64,000 nucleotides of DNA from Octopus sinensis (lineage: Eukaryota): the NCBI RefSeq assembly GCF_006345805.1, contig NC_043015.1:4278001-4342000 (forward strand), written 5' to 3'. The translations under genes were made by a program, and so were the position numbers. Below are positions 39,371 to 50,990 of the stretch, in pieces. Within the stretch, counting starts at the first letter, position 1. Every line of letters begins with the position of its first letter. The notes under the pieces were generated by a model that had not been told where the DNA came from, did not search any database, and saw nothing but the letters and a program-made list of their open reading frames with translations.

Positions 39371-41539
39371 AAACTGTGCATTTTACAAATGTTATAGTTT
39401 GTAACTTTCGGAAGTGGGACCAAATTGAACTGATAAAAATGTGAATACTACTTGCTTGCGCATTTAACACTAATATGTTAGTAGTTAATTAAATTACACA
39501 CTGCAGTCAATATTTTTTTCTTTCTCATTACATGAAGTGTATCATAGTATTGAGGCATAAACAAGGTGTTCGGGCTAAATTTGAATTTCCCCACAAGTAA
39601 GAGAAAACACAAAAACCTGACTATAAATAATTGTATTTTAACAAATCATAAACTACCAACCCGATACCAGTTTTCTCAATTTTGCCCACTCAGCTTCCAT
39701 CATGGCCTCAGATCGATTCCAGAACTCGTCGCATGCATTCCCCTCTGTACCTGCAGGGAAAAACTACGGACACGTGTTCGATCTTGGCCACCAGTTAAGC
39801 CTTTCTCCTTCAGAGAGAACAGTTTTGAGTCTATCTCATTAGGATGAGGTAGACAACCATTTCTCACTAGAGAAATAGAAGTCTTTCACGGAGAATAATC
39901 AGCAAGGAAGTGCAGTCCACACATATGGCCCCCCAGGGGCGATTCTCTCATGCTAGAGTTTGAGCACCGTGTCCAGCAGTTTCACATAACCGTCTGAAAT
40001 GAGCATAAGGGCCTGTTCAAAGATAAAAGACTGAATCCCGCTGAGCCTACCGAGTCGCAACACATGCTGTATTACTTCCTTGTTGCCAAGGATTCGAAGT
40101 CTCTGTTGCAGCTATCCGTGTCACAGAATACAGCTTTTACATTGCTCTTAGTCATAATAACATTTTCATACCCGGTGAAAATCATCATGGCACCGATAAT
40201 TCTTTTTTCAATATTCAATCACTTCCAGGCCTAAATTTTATCTAATGTTTTCTCAACTAATGTTTGAATATTTATAAACTTCAAAAACGGTTCACTCTTC
40301 ACTAATACATTATACACTTTCTCAATAAAGTTGACATAAAAATCGCCAAATTTAATCTGTACACAGTATATTTTCAAACTACTTTTCTCAAATAAATTGC
40401 AGAATGTTCGAGAATATATGATGTATTCTAGGAAGAGTTTTTGAATATGTCTACATTCCAGAAATATTCCTATTTCATCACAAGTATAACGAAATTTCAT
40501 GCAATAAGAAAATCATTACGTGATTAATACTTCGAAGTAGTTAAAAAATAAAAGTGTTATCTTCACTGATAAATTCATTGTTACATTATTATTTAGTCTT
40601 AGTTTTTAGGACTTATCGGAGGTGGGTCACTTAGAGCTTGTATCTGAGATCCATGTTGTTTTGTCTTTTGACGGGTCGATTGTGTCTTTTTGTGTCCGGA
40701 CTATATCTCGCAAAACTGCTGTCTTCCTCGAATGCACTGTGAACCTGATTTTGTATGAGTGTGACCAATTTTTTGCTGCTTCTGTAATGAGGAATTGACA
40801 AAGTTTTCGTAAATTAATCTAAATATATTTAGTTATTTTCTTATGTTAACCTGAGATATATACTTATAATAATGCGTAGATAATTGTATATCCATGTGTG
40901 AAAGTGCTTCAGTTTATTCAACCTAATACTTTGTTAATTGCCTATAGCAATTTATTATTACATTTCAATATATTCAACGTTTTCCTCCTTTTCATAATAA
41001 ACATGTGAAATGTATTTATTTTGTACTAAAACATTTCTTACCAGAAAATTCTATAACAGAATGACAGATGAAAACAATGGCTGAGAATACCCCTGAATAA
41101 AAATGGCGGATAATTTATTTACATTGTGTTTTGTAGTATGTGAATATCACAAAAAGCGGTCATATTTAGACATGCCAGAATATTTTATTACTATTAGTAT
41201 ATCATGATATCACAAAACAGATAGAAGAAAACCCTGTTCAAGTAATTTTGTATTTAAGTCTTATATCTTATTTTTGTATGTTCTTACTTGCCGTATACTT
41301 GTACGTACACGGGTTACAAGTGCACATCCTAACGTATGACTAGAAACTGAATGACTCCAAAGTTTAATCTATTGCTCATCTTTATTGTCACAGTGGAAAC
41401 TGTGACCCCGCCCGCCCAGATTTCTACACAAAGCAGCAATGAATAGTAATATTATCACAAATAATAAGAATACTTTCTGCTATTGAAAAAACGACTGAAA
41501 TTTTGTGAGGCTTGGATTTGTCGATTACATCAGCAACAA

Positions 41540-41861
41540 TGTTCTGACCCTGCAGAAGTTAAACGAATTGAGCTACGAAACTCTGCCTCATTTGTCATAC
41601 TCACCAGACCTCTCACCTACCGACTACCACTTTTTCAAGCATCTCGACAACGTCTTGTGGGAGAAATGCTTCAAAAACCAAGACAATATCGAACACGCCT
41701 TCAACGACTTCATCGCCACCAGAACGTAGGGCCTTTACGCTACTAGCAACATTTTTTGATTCTGATGGTGTTTATTTCGATTAATAAAGTTTTGTTTGAA
41801 CCGAGGTATGTGCATCTGAATTTAAAGGTTAAGAATCCCAAATACTTTCTAGACAACCTAT
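41540..41861 (+). mobile_element. mariner 3' fragment (cecropia-like)
   Basis: TLQKLNELSYETLPHLSYSPDLSPTDYHFFKHLDN; 3' TIR-like AAATACTTTCTAGACAACCTA(T)TA. Confidence 0.9.
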
Positions 41862-42424
41862 TATTTATGATTTAGATTCACTGTCCACTAGCCCACATAA
41901 TTCAGTATGTAGGCATGACATTGATGACCCTTCTTACTATGATACCATTCGTGCATTGGAAGAAATTTAGACGCTACCTGTGAGGGAATGGGAAATGACT
42001 GAGCAGTTTGCAAAATTTTTGTGACCCTCTCTAATTATTTTGCTAGAAACTATCTAAACTAGCATCAAACATTGCTCTGCAGTCATACATTGAAACTGAA
42101 GTGTAAGACATTATCTGGAAACCTTTCTGTTGCTGCCGGTAGTATATTGCTAGTATTCTGTAAGTCACCAATCAGGTAATTTGACAAATTTTCGAGACAC
42201 TCTCGCTGCAAACCATCAAAGACATTTCCCTTCCCTTCATGTTGGCACAGAAATATTTAGAACTGAAAATCATTATTCCATAACCTATGCCAGAAATCTT
42301 GCTGGCACAGATGACTAACGTATATATGGCTAGTATTTTAAGATCGTTGAGCAGGCTTCTATGCTTCGGTTGTATACTCGGGCAATGTGCACTTGAACTC
42401 ACAAAGCTAGACATTTCGGTGGTC

Positions 42425-42560
42425 GGAGTCGATTGATCCGAACCAGTGCTCGATTTTATCCACATCGAAAGAGTTAATGCGCAAAGTCGACCTCGGAGGC
42501 ATTAGAATCCAAAACAGAGAAAATGCCACTATGCATTTTGCCTGGAATGATAATGAATTA
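42425..42560 (-). mobile_element. SINE group B fragment
   Basis: GCAAAGTCGACCTCGGAGG core with degenerate flanks. Confidence 0.6.
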
Positions 42561-44050
42561 GGGTGTTTTATATTTTTACAAATCCCCTCCATTGTGCTGT
42601 AATAGAAGGCTTCATTACATCTCCACCAATGTGCTGTAATAGAGGGCTTTAGTTCAGCTTATACCTTAATATAAAAATCTTTGTTGTTAATCAACACCTT
42701 GTTACTTATAAAATTTGCAAGATAACAAGACAGAAGCGCCTACACAATCAACTTATATACGGATTGAACCTAAAATCCTTCACATCCAGCTGTAAATTCT
42801 TCAATCATTAACTTTAAATCAAATGAGTGGTATATTTCTCACTTCATTTGAAACTAAGCGTATGGTGTAAGCCATTACATAGTATTACAGTTATGCTCAG
42901 AAACTCTCTCACTTTCCATTGTAGTATTCCATACTGCTGGTTCTTCAATTATTTTAACAGAAAGTACTTACAAGTGCTTGAACCAATACCAGTCCATGAA
43001 GTAAACTAAGATGATAATTTATACTCTCAGAGATAATGAAAATAGGTGAAATTTGCGTATTTAGAGACGAGTAAATACTGCAAATAATTTAGTATGATTC
43101 TGTACGTCTTTAGAAAATTAACAGTGCTGTGGCTTAGTTAATCATGACAGTAAGAATATTACGATGTACCTATACAGCTTCGTCTGAATAGCAAGAACTC
43201 CATTTATCAATGTTCTGCCATGTTTGCATACAATCCAAAATATACTATGTTACATTCTACTGAAACTCATTTTTCATTTTTCCAATTAGTTGGCCGCTAT
43301 GATTTCAATTTCTTCTAGGTCAATCGACATGGTTCTACCGATTACACACTTCATCATAGATCAGCAGAGATAAGACCGGATCTACACTTCCGTTGTTTAT
43401 TTTCATAAAGTGTAGTAATGTATATATTATATTGCATGCTCTCTATCACTCGTTCACGGTTATATTTAAATATGAACAAAGTAGAGTATTGGCATATAAA
43501 ATTCAACCAGCACATGTATACACATCTTATGTCGATGTACCGTTAAATGGAATAAAGCAATTAAAAATGAGCATGACTTGAATCAAGCATAAAGGTTCGA
43601 AATCAAATGCAGAAATGCATTCACATCAATGATATAATTCTCCTGCAAAACTATATTTATTCAACAGCGATATTATTAAATGCATTAAGACGGACCAGTA
43701 GAACTGTTAAAGCGATGGAAAACGACTAGAATATTTTATTTAATAGGCAATATGTATTTAAAAGTGATGAGTTTATCAGTATTTACCTCTCTGAAAATGT
43801 GTAGCCAGCATTGCTTCGAGTTTATAAACTAAAGTATTTTAAATTCTGTTCTGTATGATTTAAGGGGTGCAAATGATATTATTGTAACGTAATTGTACTT
43901 TTTGCTATATCGTATTACACCGTCCCCAAGTTACGTTCGTAGCTAAGATATCAGTGACAAATAGATTTATTTAAATAATAGCGATTAGACTATATTCATG
44001 GGTTTCATAAGTATATAAATATGTGTATGTGTGCGTGCGTGTGTGTGTAT

Positions 44051-44105
<55 letters not shown>

Positions 44106-44899
44106 TTAAGAAATCGAACAATTTTATTTCCTCACTATATCTATATTATTTCATTTCATATAATTTTTTTTACGTTTATTTCTTTTCGCATGGATAATAC
44201 ATCAATAGTCTGCCGTTTACCATATCAAGATGCTGCCGTATATCTATAAAAAAAAGCAATAGAAACAATCGATTTTCTTTCTATTTAACAGTAGAGTGAG
44301 CAAGAGGTCATTACCGACAATTATCTAAAGACTGGGTGTTATCATCTTTATACTTCTTCGAACCTGAATTCATAATTAGTATTATAAAATAGAACGCTTT
44401 TCTTGTTTGCATTTTATCATTGTTGTTGTTGTGTTTTTTTTCCTTACTTTTTCGTATTTTCCATATAATTTTACTTCTTTCATTTTTGAACTTTATGTAT
44501 ACTATAGTCTAGTTTCCAGTCGTTTAAATAAGCAGAATATTTATCTTGAAAGTGATGATACAGTATAATTACACACGCTGAAAACTTCATTTATCAGTGT
44601 AACCGGATTTTGCGGGGATATTATTTCTTGCGTATTACAGAGCAACTTATCTTGTCTCCGTTTGCAATTTTTATAATGTAGCTATAAGAACTTTAGTGAA
44701 TAACGATTTGCAAAGTAAACAAGAAATGTCGGTATCTTAAATTTATCCTGATATCGGTGATTGTCGCCCACCATATTCATAATTTTCTTTCAACAAAATA
44801 TAGGCAAACCATTTAGACAATCAGCGAATTTCCATTTTATTTTTATTATTTGTATAGACACATATCAAATATATGTGAGGTGAGGAATATATAAAACTA

Positions 44900-45420
<521 letters not shown>

Positions 45421-45644
45421 ACAGAGAAAAAGATGAGGGAATAAAAAGATATATTTTTATGTATTCATTTATTTCCAAGTACCTTCTATTTTATTCTTTT
45501 ATTAACGAAGAATAGTATATGATAATCAGTAAATTTATTACGGTTAGATTAATCACGTTTTCAACTACATTTCTGTTTTCATACTATGAATTGCTTTCAG
45601 TCTTCTAGGGTACCTTTTATTCATAGAATTCATCTTATAATTTT

Positions 45645-45885
45645 GTAGGGACGCGTGGCTTAATAGTTAGGCTGTTGGTCTCATGATAGTAACATTGTGG
45701 TTTCGATCGGCAGCTAGAACGATGAGTTGTGCTTTTCGTAATACACATCATTTCACGTTGCTCCATTCTTCTTAGCTAGCAAAAATCAGTAATACTACGA
45801 AGAATCAGTGTCCCAATGTGATTATATGCGTAATAAAACCTGGAGAATTGGACCTAACGATTCGATATGATTTGAGAAGATAACT
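45645..45885 (+). mobile_element. degenerate SINE, group A (body 2)
   Basis: GACGCGTGGCTTAATAGTTAGG..GGTTTCGATC..CATTTCACGTTGCTCCA. Confidence 0.65.
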
Positions 45886-46884
45886 ATACTTTACACTATC
45901 ATTTTAAAGAATTTTATCGGTTAGAGTTTTCGTGGTCCACATCAAAAATTTCTACTTTCGACGTACGATATATATTTATTCTACTCGGGTGGAGATATCC
46001 AAATTGTTGCCATAATCAGATTCCTACATGTTCAAGAGAATCCTGTGAATTATGAGACTATCTCCCGTTAATGATAATTGTGGTGCTTTGTTTCCTGGTG
46101 CTTGGTCAAATGCGGCACATGTGTTTTATTTATTTACATGCTTAATAACAACACATGAGAAATATTACAACATATTTACTAGGCACAGATGATAGAATTT
46201 ATGTGTGATATTTACAGATGCTTAAAAGATTTGTTTTGTTTTTACTTCGTTTCTTTGTAAATCCCGCACTGCATTGTTATATTCATTTGATTACGTCTTT
46301 TTAAGAGGAATTAACGAGGTAGAAGTCTCAGGATTACTCTGCGAACATGTAGCACAAAATTGCTTTCGACGTTTTAAGGAAAGTGAAAGAGGCAACTTTC
46401 AGCTTAAACTTAAGTTAAAATTACGCTGCATTCCCGTGAAATGTTCGTAATACATATATTTTGATCGTAATGATGCGCGTAGTATATTGTTAATACTAGC
46501 TTATGATTGCGTGTTACTTGTTTTATGAGACATCGATTATTAATTGACTTATTGTACGTTTCAGTAGGTACAAATCATTGAATTTATGCTATATATGTTA
46601 TATATTGTTATATATTCTATTTCTTATGTTACGTTCGTCCGATAGTCGAAAGAATATTTCTGTTTCTTATTTCCTTGTGTTTCTATATGTACATTCGTTT
46701 GCCTTGTTCAAGAGCTTAATGCTTTCAGCTTCAGCCCTTGGCCCAACTAGTTTCGAGTAGTATCGGAGAGGATTTTGGCGAAGCTACGTAGACATTCCAG
46801 AGTCCGATTGAAAGAGGAATTGGGTGCGAATGATTTGTGTATCTTCTGTCCTGTTTGCCAATATTGTGCTGTGTTTTTTTCGTG

Positions 46885-47035
46885 TTTGCAATGTTTTGAC
46901 GATTTCCGCTGGCTGCATGTTTTTACATTTGATATATATATATATATACATATGTATATACATATATATGTGTATGCGTGTGTATATATATATCAAATGT
47001 AAAAAAACACAACCGGCGGAAATCGTCAAAACGTT

Positions 47036-47040
<5 letters not shown>
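46885..47040. repeat. inverted repeat (~55-bp arms) around a TA-rich spacer
   Basis: TTTGCAATGTTTTGACGATTTCCGCTGG..TTTTACATTTGATA versus TATCAAATGTAAAA..CCGGCGGAAATCGTCAAAACGTTACAAA. Confidence 0.9.
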
Positions 47041-47123
<83 letters not shown>

Positions 47124-48568
47124 TTATATATGATTGTAGGCATCATTAGATAACAGAAAATTACGTATATTTTTGCCCATGTATCATTATTCATAACATA
47201 AGCAGGTTCGTTTCCGAGCGGTCAGTTGCAAGCATGGATTCATGTACTTCACTGACATTTATATACCCCGAAAGCATACCGATCTAGAATTAACAGAAAC
47301 TAACTTTAGGAGGCAAAGAAACGCAAACATAAGGCATCAATGTCTATGACGTATTATGATGCAAAGCAAACGAAGATTTAAACGTATATATATATATTTC
47401 TTCTTAAGTTTTCGCGATAGAATCTGAAAATTTACATCGAATTTCCATAATAATACATCGACGAAATATATCCTTGTTGATCACAATTTTGTTTCTATAA
47501 ATGCATGTCTTAATATATGTGTGTCAAGTTTCTATGGAGTATAAAGAATATCAGCGATGGATTATGATTAGGATTCTCTGTGAATTTGGCTTCGTATTCG
47601 CGGCCAGGATTTAATCGTATATCCTCCAGCAAAACAACTTTAAAATAATCAATCGGTAAACCCATTTTGAGTGATGACTCGATAAAGAGATGAAAATTGT
47701 ATGGCAGCTGCTTTTTGAACTAATCTACTTCAATTTTTCTTTCTTTTTTGATTGCGCACGGTTAAATATCCAGTAAAGTAATATTTGACTAATATCGAAT
47801 ACATTTGTCACATAAACGCTTTAAGGAATTTAATATGCAGTAAAAAAAAATTGAAGCCTTCGTGTTGGCCAATGTTTTTAACAAATTTCATATATCATCA
47901 TTGGCTTCGCTGTAAAAGCAGCTACTCAAGAAATAATTAAACGTGTCGAATACACTAAAGATTAAACGGTCCATTTTTCTTTATTTATTTTAATAAAACT
48001 GCGGATATCAACTGTATTTAATTTGCTTACCACATATAATTTTTGTTTCTCGAAATAAAAAATCCTATATGTTTCTTAACACCCTGGTCAAAGTTAGCGT
48101 GAATTATAATTCGCCAATTTGATGAAACATTAAAATTTGCTGTTTATACTAATTTTATGTATGCACATTAGCGAATAACTTAATCATCTGTTAATTTGGA
48201 TGACGAAAGGATATATACACCAATGGGGAAGCAAGCCGAAAGAAGTCGATATCGAGCAGGTTTAACTTGTGAGGCCACGGAAATTGCCGAAACTAACATC
48301 ATCATTAAGAATTCTCGATCGGCATTTTTCGGACGATTCAGATCCGTGTTAGTGTATGCTTTAATTTATGTGCGTTAATTACAGCATTAGAGCAATTTAG
48401 CTCTTATTTCTAGCAATGTAGATGTTTCTTAACACCCTAGTCACATTTAATGACATCTATAATTCTCCAATTTGGTGGAATATTATAACCTGCTGTATGT
48501 GGGTGAGTATGTGTATGTGTTTGCGCGTGTGTGTATGAGTGTGTACGCGTGTGTTTGTGTGTAGACAG

Positions 48569-48617
<49 letters not shown>

Positions 48618-48620
<3 letters not shown>

Positions 48621-48802
48621 CGAGTTTGCGAAAAAAACAAAAGACGAAGACAGGTGGTGTACAAAACAAACAGATGTATTAGTATAACGCTCAGGAATAG
48701 AAAATGTCTTTTACGTTTCGAGTCTACGCTCTTCTACAGAAATTGACACAGAAATAACAAAGAGAGAAAAAAATGTGTGAAGTGGCTAACAATCTATCAT
48801 GA
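48618..48802 (-). mobile_element. short non-coding element with hammerhead-like motif, abutting (TA)n
   Basis: Minus strand 48748-48705: GTCAATTT-CTGTAGA-A-GAGC-GTAG-ACTC-GAAA-C-GTA-AAAGAC. Homologous copy at 34405-34575. Confidence 0.65.
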
Positions 48803-50357
48803 TATCCTACAATGACTATCTAGCGGAATAAAAACCCATCTTTCCTGTGGCATTCTGCCTCTGTTTTACTTGTGCTTGCACATCATAGATTCATCTGTTT
48901 CTACGATGTGTCCAAGTCCACCAATTTGGTAGGGAGTTACGCAAAAGATAATCACTTGTAATATCCCTCATGATACCATTGAACAACAGTAGTTTGTGAA
49001 AGACCGGTCATCTCAGAAGATGTATTTATGACTGTATTATGGGACCATAAATACGTGAGAAGATATTATACCCAGTCGTATTTTGCAATTTTCAAGAAAC
49101 GAAGACTTTTTTGTTTAGTTTGTTTAGAAAAAGATTATTTACTTTGTTTAAAAAAAAATATTTGAATACATTTGCATACGAGCACTCGCGCGAGGTAGTC
49201 GTAGGAACGACTAGTCATGACTAGCTAGCGTGGATGCTTGAGTGCGCGCACCGGGACCACCCTTCTTAAATAGTACCCATATATATATATATATAAATAT
49301 CATATGTACTTATATGTAAGTTTCATCTTTTATTTTTCCTTATCATGAATGATAATTTTGATATGAGTGAAAGAGCATATAATTTGCCCATATTTCCATA
49401 AAATACATTTAAGAAATAGTCCTGTAATTTTAGATACACCCATTTATTCCTCATTCTGCTCTGATTAATAAAATATAACCCAAGAATTTAATTATACGAT
49501 ACATATATAATACATTCTGTATTTTTTAAACATATATTGTGTATTATATATCTAATATATATCTTTATGTGTGTCTGTGTGTTACAGTGTGTGATTTAAG
49601 AATTGATAGATTAAATATTATGATAATTGTCCAGAAGTGAATGTGTTAACGACAATGCATGCCTGGGACAGACATATCGGTTTTAAACCAATATTGATAA
49701 GCATAAAACATCAAATAACGTCTAAGATTTAATTAATGAATAACGTACATCAAGATTTATTTCGGCATATTTGCATATTATTTTGCTAATAGTTTCTTTA
49801 ATTTGGACCCAGAATTGTACTAATCAACACTATTTGGGAGAGCAAGAAATTCAGCAGGAGGCATTATATTTCTTTCACATGTTAGAAAAGTGTATTTTTT
49901 TGTGAATGTCGTTTACATATTTAAATTAAATTTTAATTTCCATCAAAACAATATATTTGGACTCTTAATTCCCCTGACAGTTTATTTTCAAGTAGCAGTG
50001 AATCTGGCTGCTACTTATAATGCAAAATCATTTAGGAGATAATATTTCCGATGGGTAATGACTGCACATGGAATGAATTTGACATGGCAATTATAACCTG
50101 GATTCGATCATAAATCAGCCAGCAAAGCAACAACTTTAATTTCAATACAGGCGAAAGACTGTTGTAATCGCAAATAATATAAAGGATGCAATGCAATTAC
50201 TGCCCACAATTTTATTGGAATTTTTTTCTTTCATTTTTTTACCTTTATTTTTCCCATTTCTGTTCGACCACTTGCGTTTTAATATGATGCCAAACTATGG
50301 AGGATACCGAGTGTAATTGTATCATAAAAGTGGTATAAAATATATTATGACATAATA

Positions 50358-50470
50358 TGTTTCTACTGTAGGCACAAGACCCAAATTTTGGTGGGATGGG
50401 CCAATCGATTAGATCGACCCCAGTATGCAACTGTTATTTCATTTATTGACCCGAAAGGATGATAGGCAAT
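50358..50470 (-). mobile_element. SINE group B 3' fragment
   Basis: AGGCACAAGACCC..ATCGATTAGATCGACCCCAGTA..GACCCGAAAGGATGA. Confidence 0.75.
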
Positions 50471-50499
50471 TTATGACATAATGTTAAACACACATGCAA

Positions 50500-50700
50500 G
50501 TCGGAGAGTTGGCAGAAACTTTAGAACACCGGGCAAAATGCTTTAAGTTTTGAGTTCAAATTCCACTGAGTTCGACTTGGCCGTCCATCCTTTCGTAGGT
50601 CGATAAATTAAGTTTCAGTTACGTACTGGGTTCTATATAATCGACAGGCCCACTCCCCAAAAGTTTTGGGAATTGTGCCTTGAGAAGAAAAAGAATATTA
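50500..50700 (+). mobile_element. SINE group B
   Basis: GAGTTGGCAGAAAC..GAGTTCAAATTCC..CATCCTTTCG..GTCGATAAATTAAG. Confidence 0.8.
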
Positions 50701-50724
50701 ACCACACATGCACAAACACACTTT

Positions 50725-50990
50725 ACATTAGATTGGGTACATTGTGCAGATGAAAGATCAGAGGCCCCTACGAAGTGATTATAAGCTGAATATATTTGTG
50801 GAAAGTGACCCTCAATAAAAATTAAGGCAACGATTGAATGATTGAGTAAAGTCCTCGTTGACCGCATGTGAAACATGGCAGGTCAAATGGGAGACCGATA
50901 ATTGTCATCGCCACCAGTAAAGGCTATCAGTAAAGACGTGAAGGGATAAGTTTGAAAAGACACATTTCCAATGAAGAGTTAATTCAAGAT
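50725..50990 (+). mobile_element. highly degenerate RTE-like LINE 3' fragment
   Basis: Frameshifted remnants GYIVQMKDQRP..AEYICGK*P..RQRLND*VKSSLTAC..WET resemble the RTE C-terminus (WAGHIVRMxDxRLPK..GKR..RFKDxxKxxL). Confidence 0.45.
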
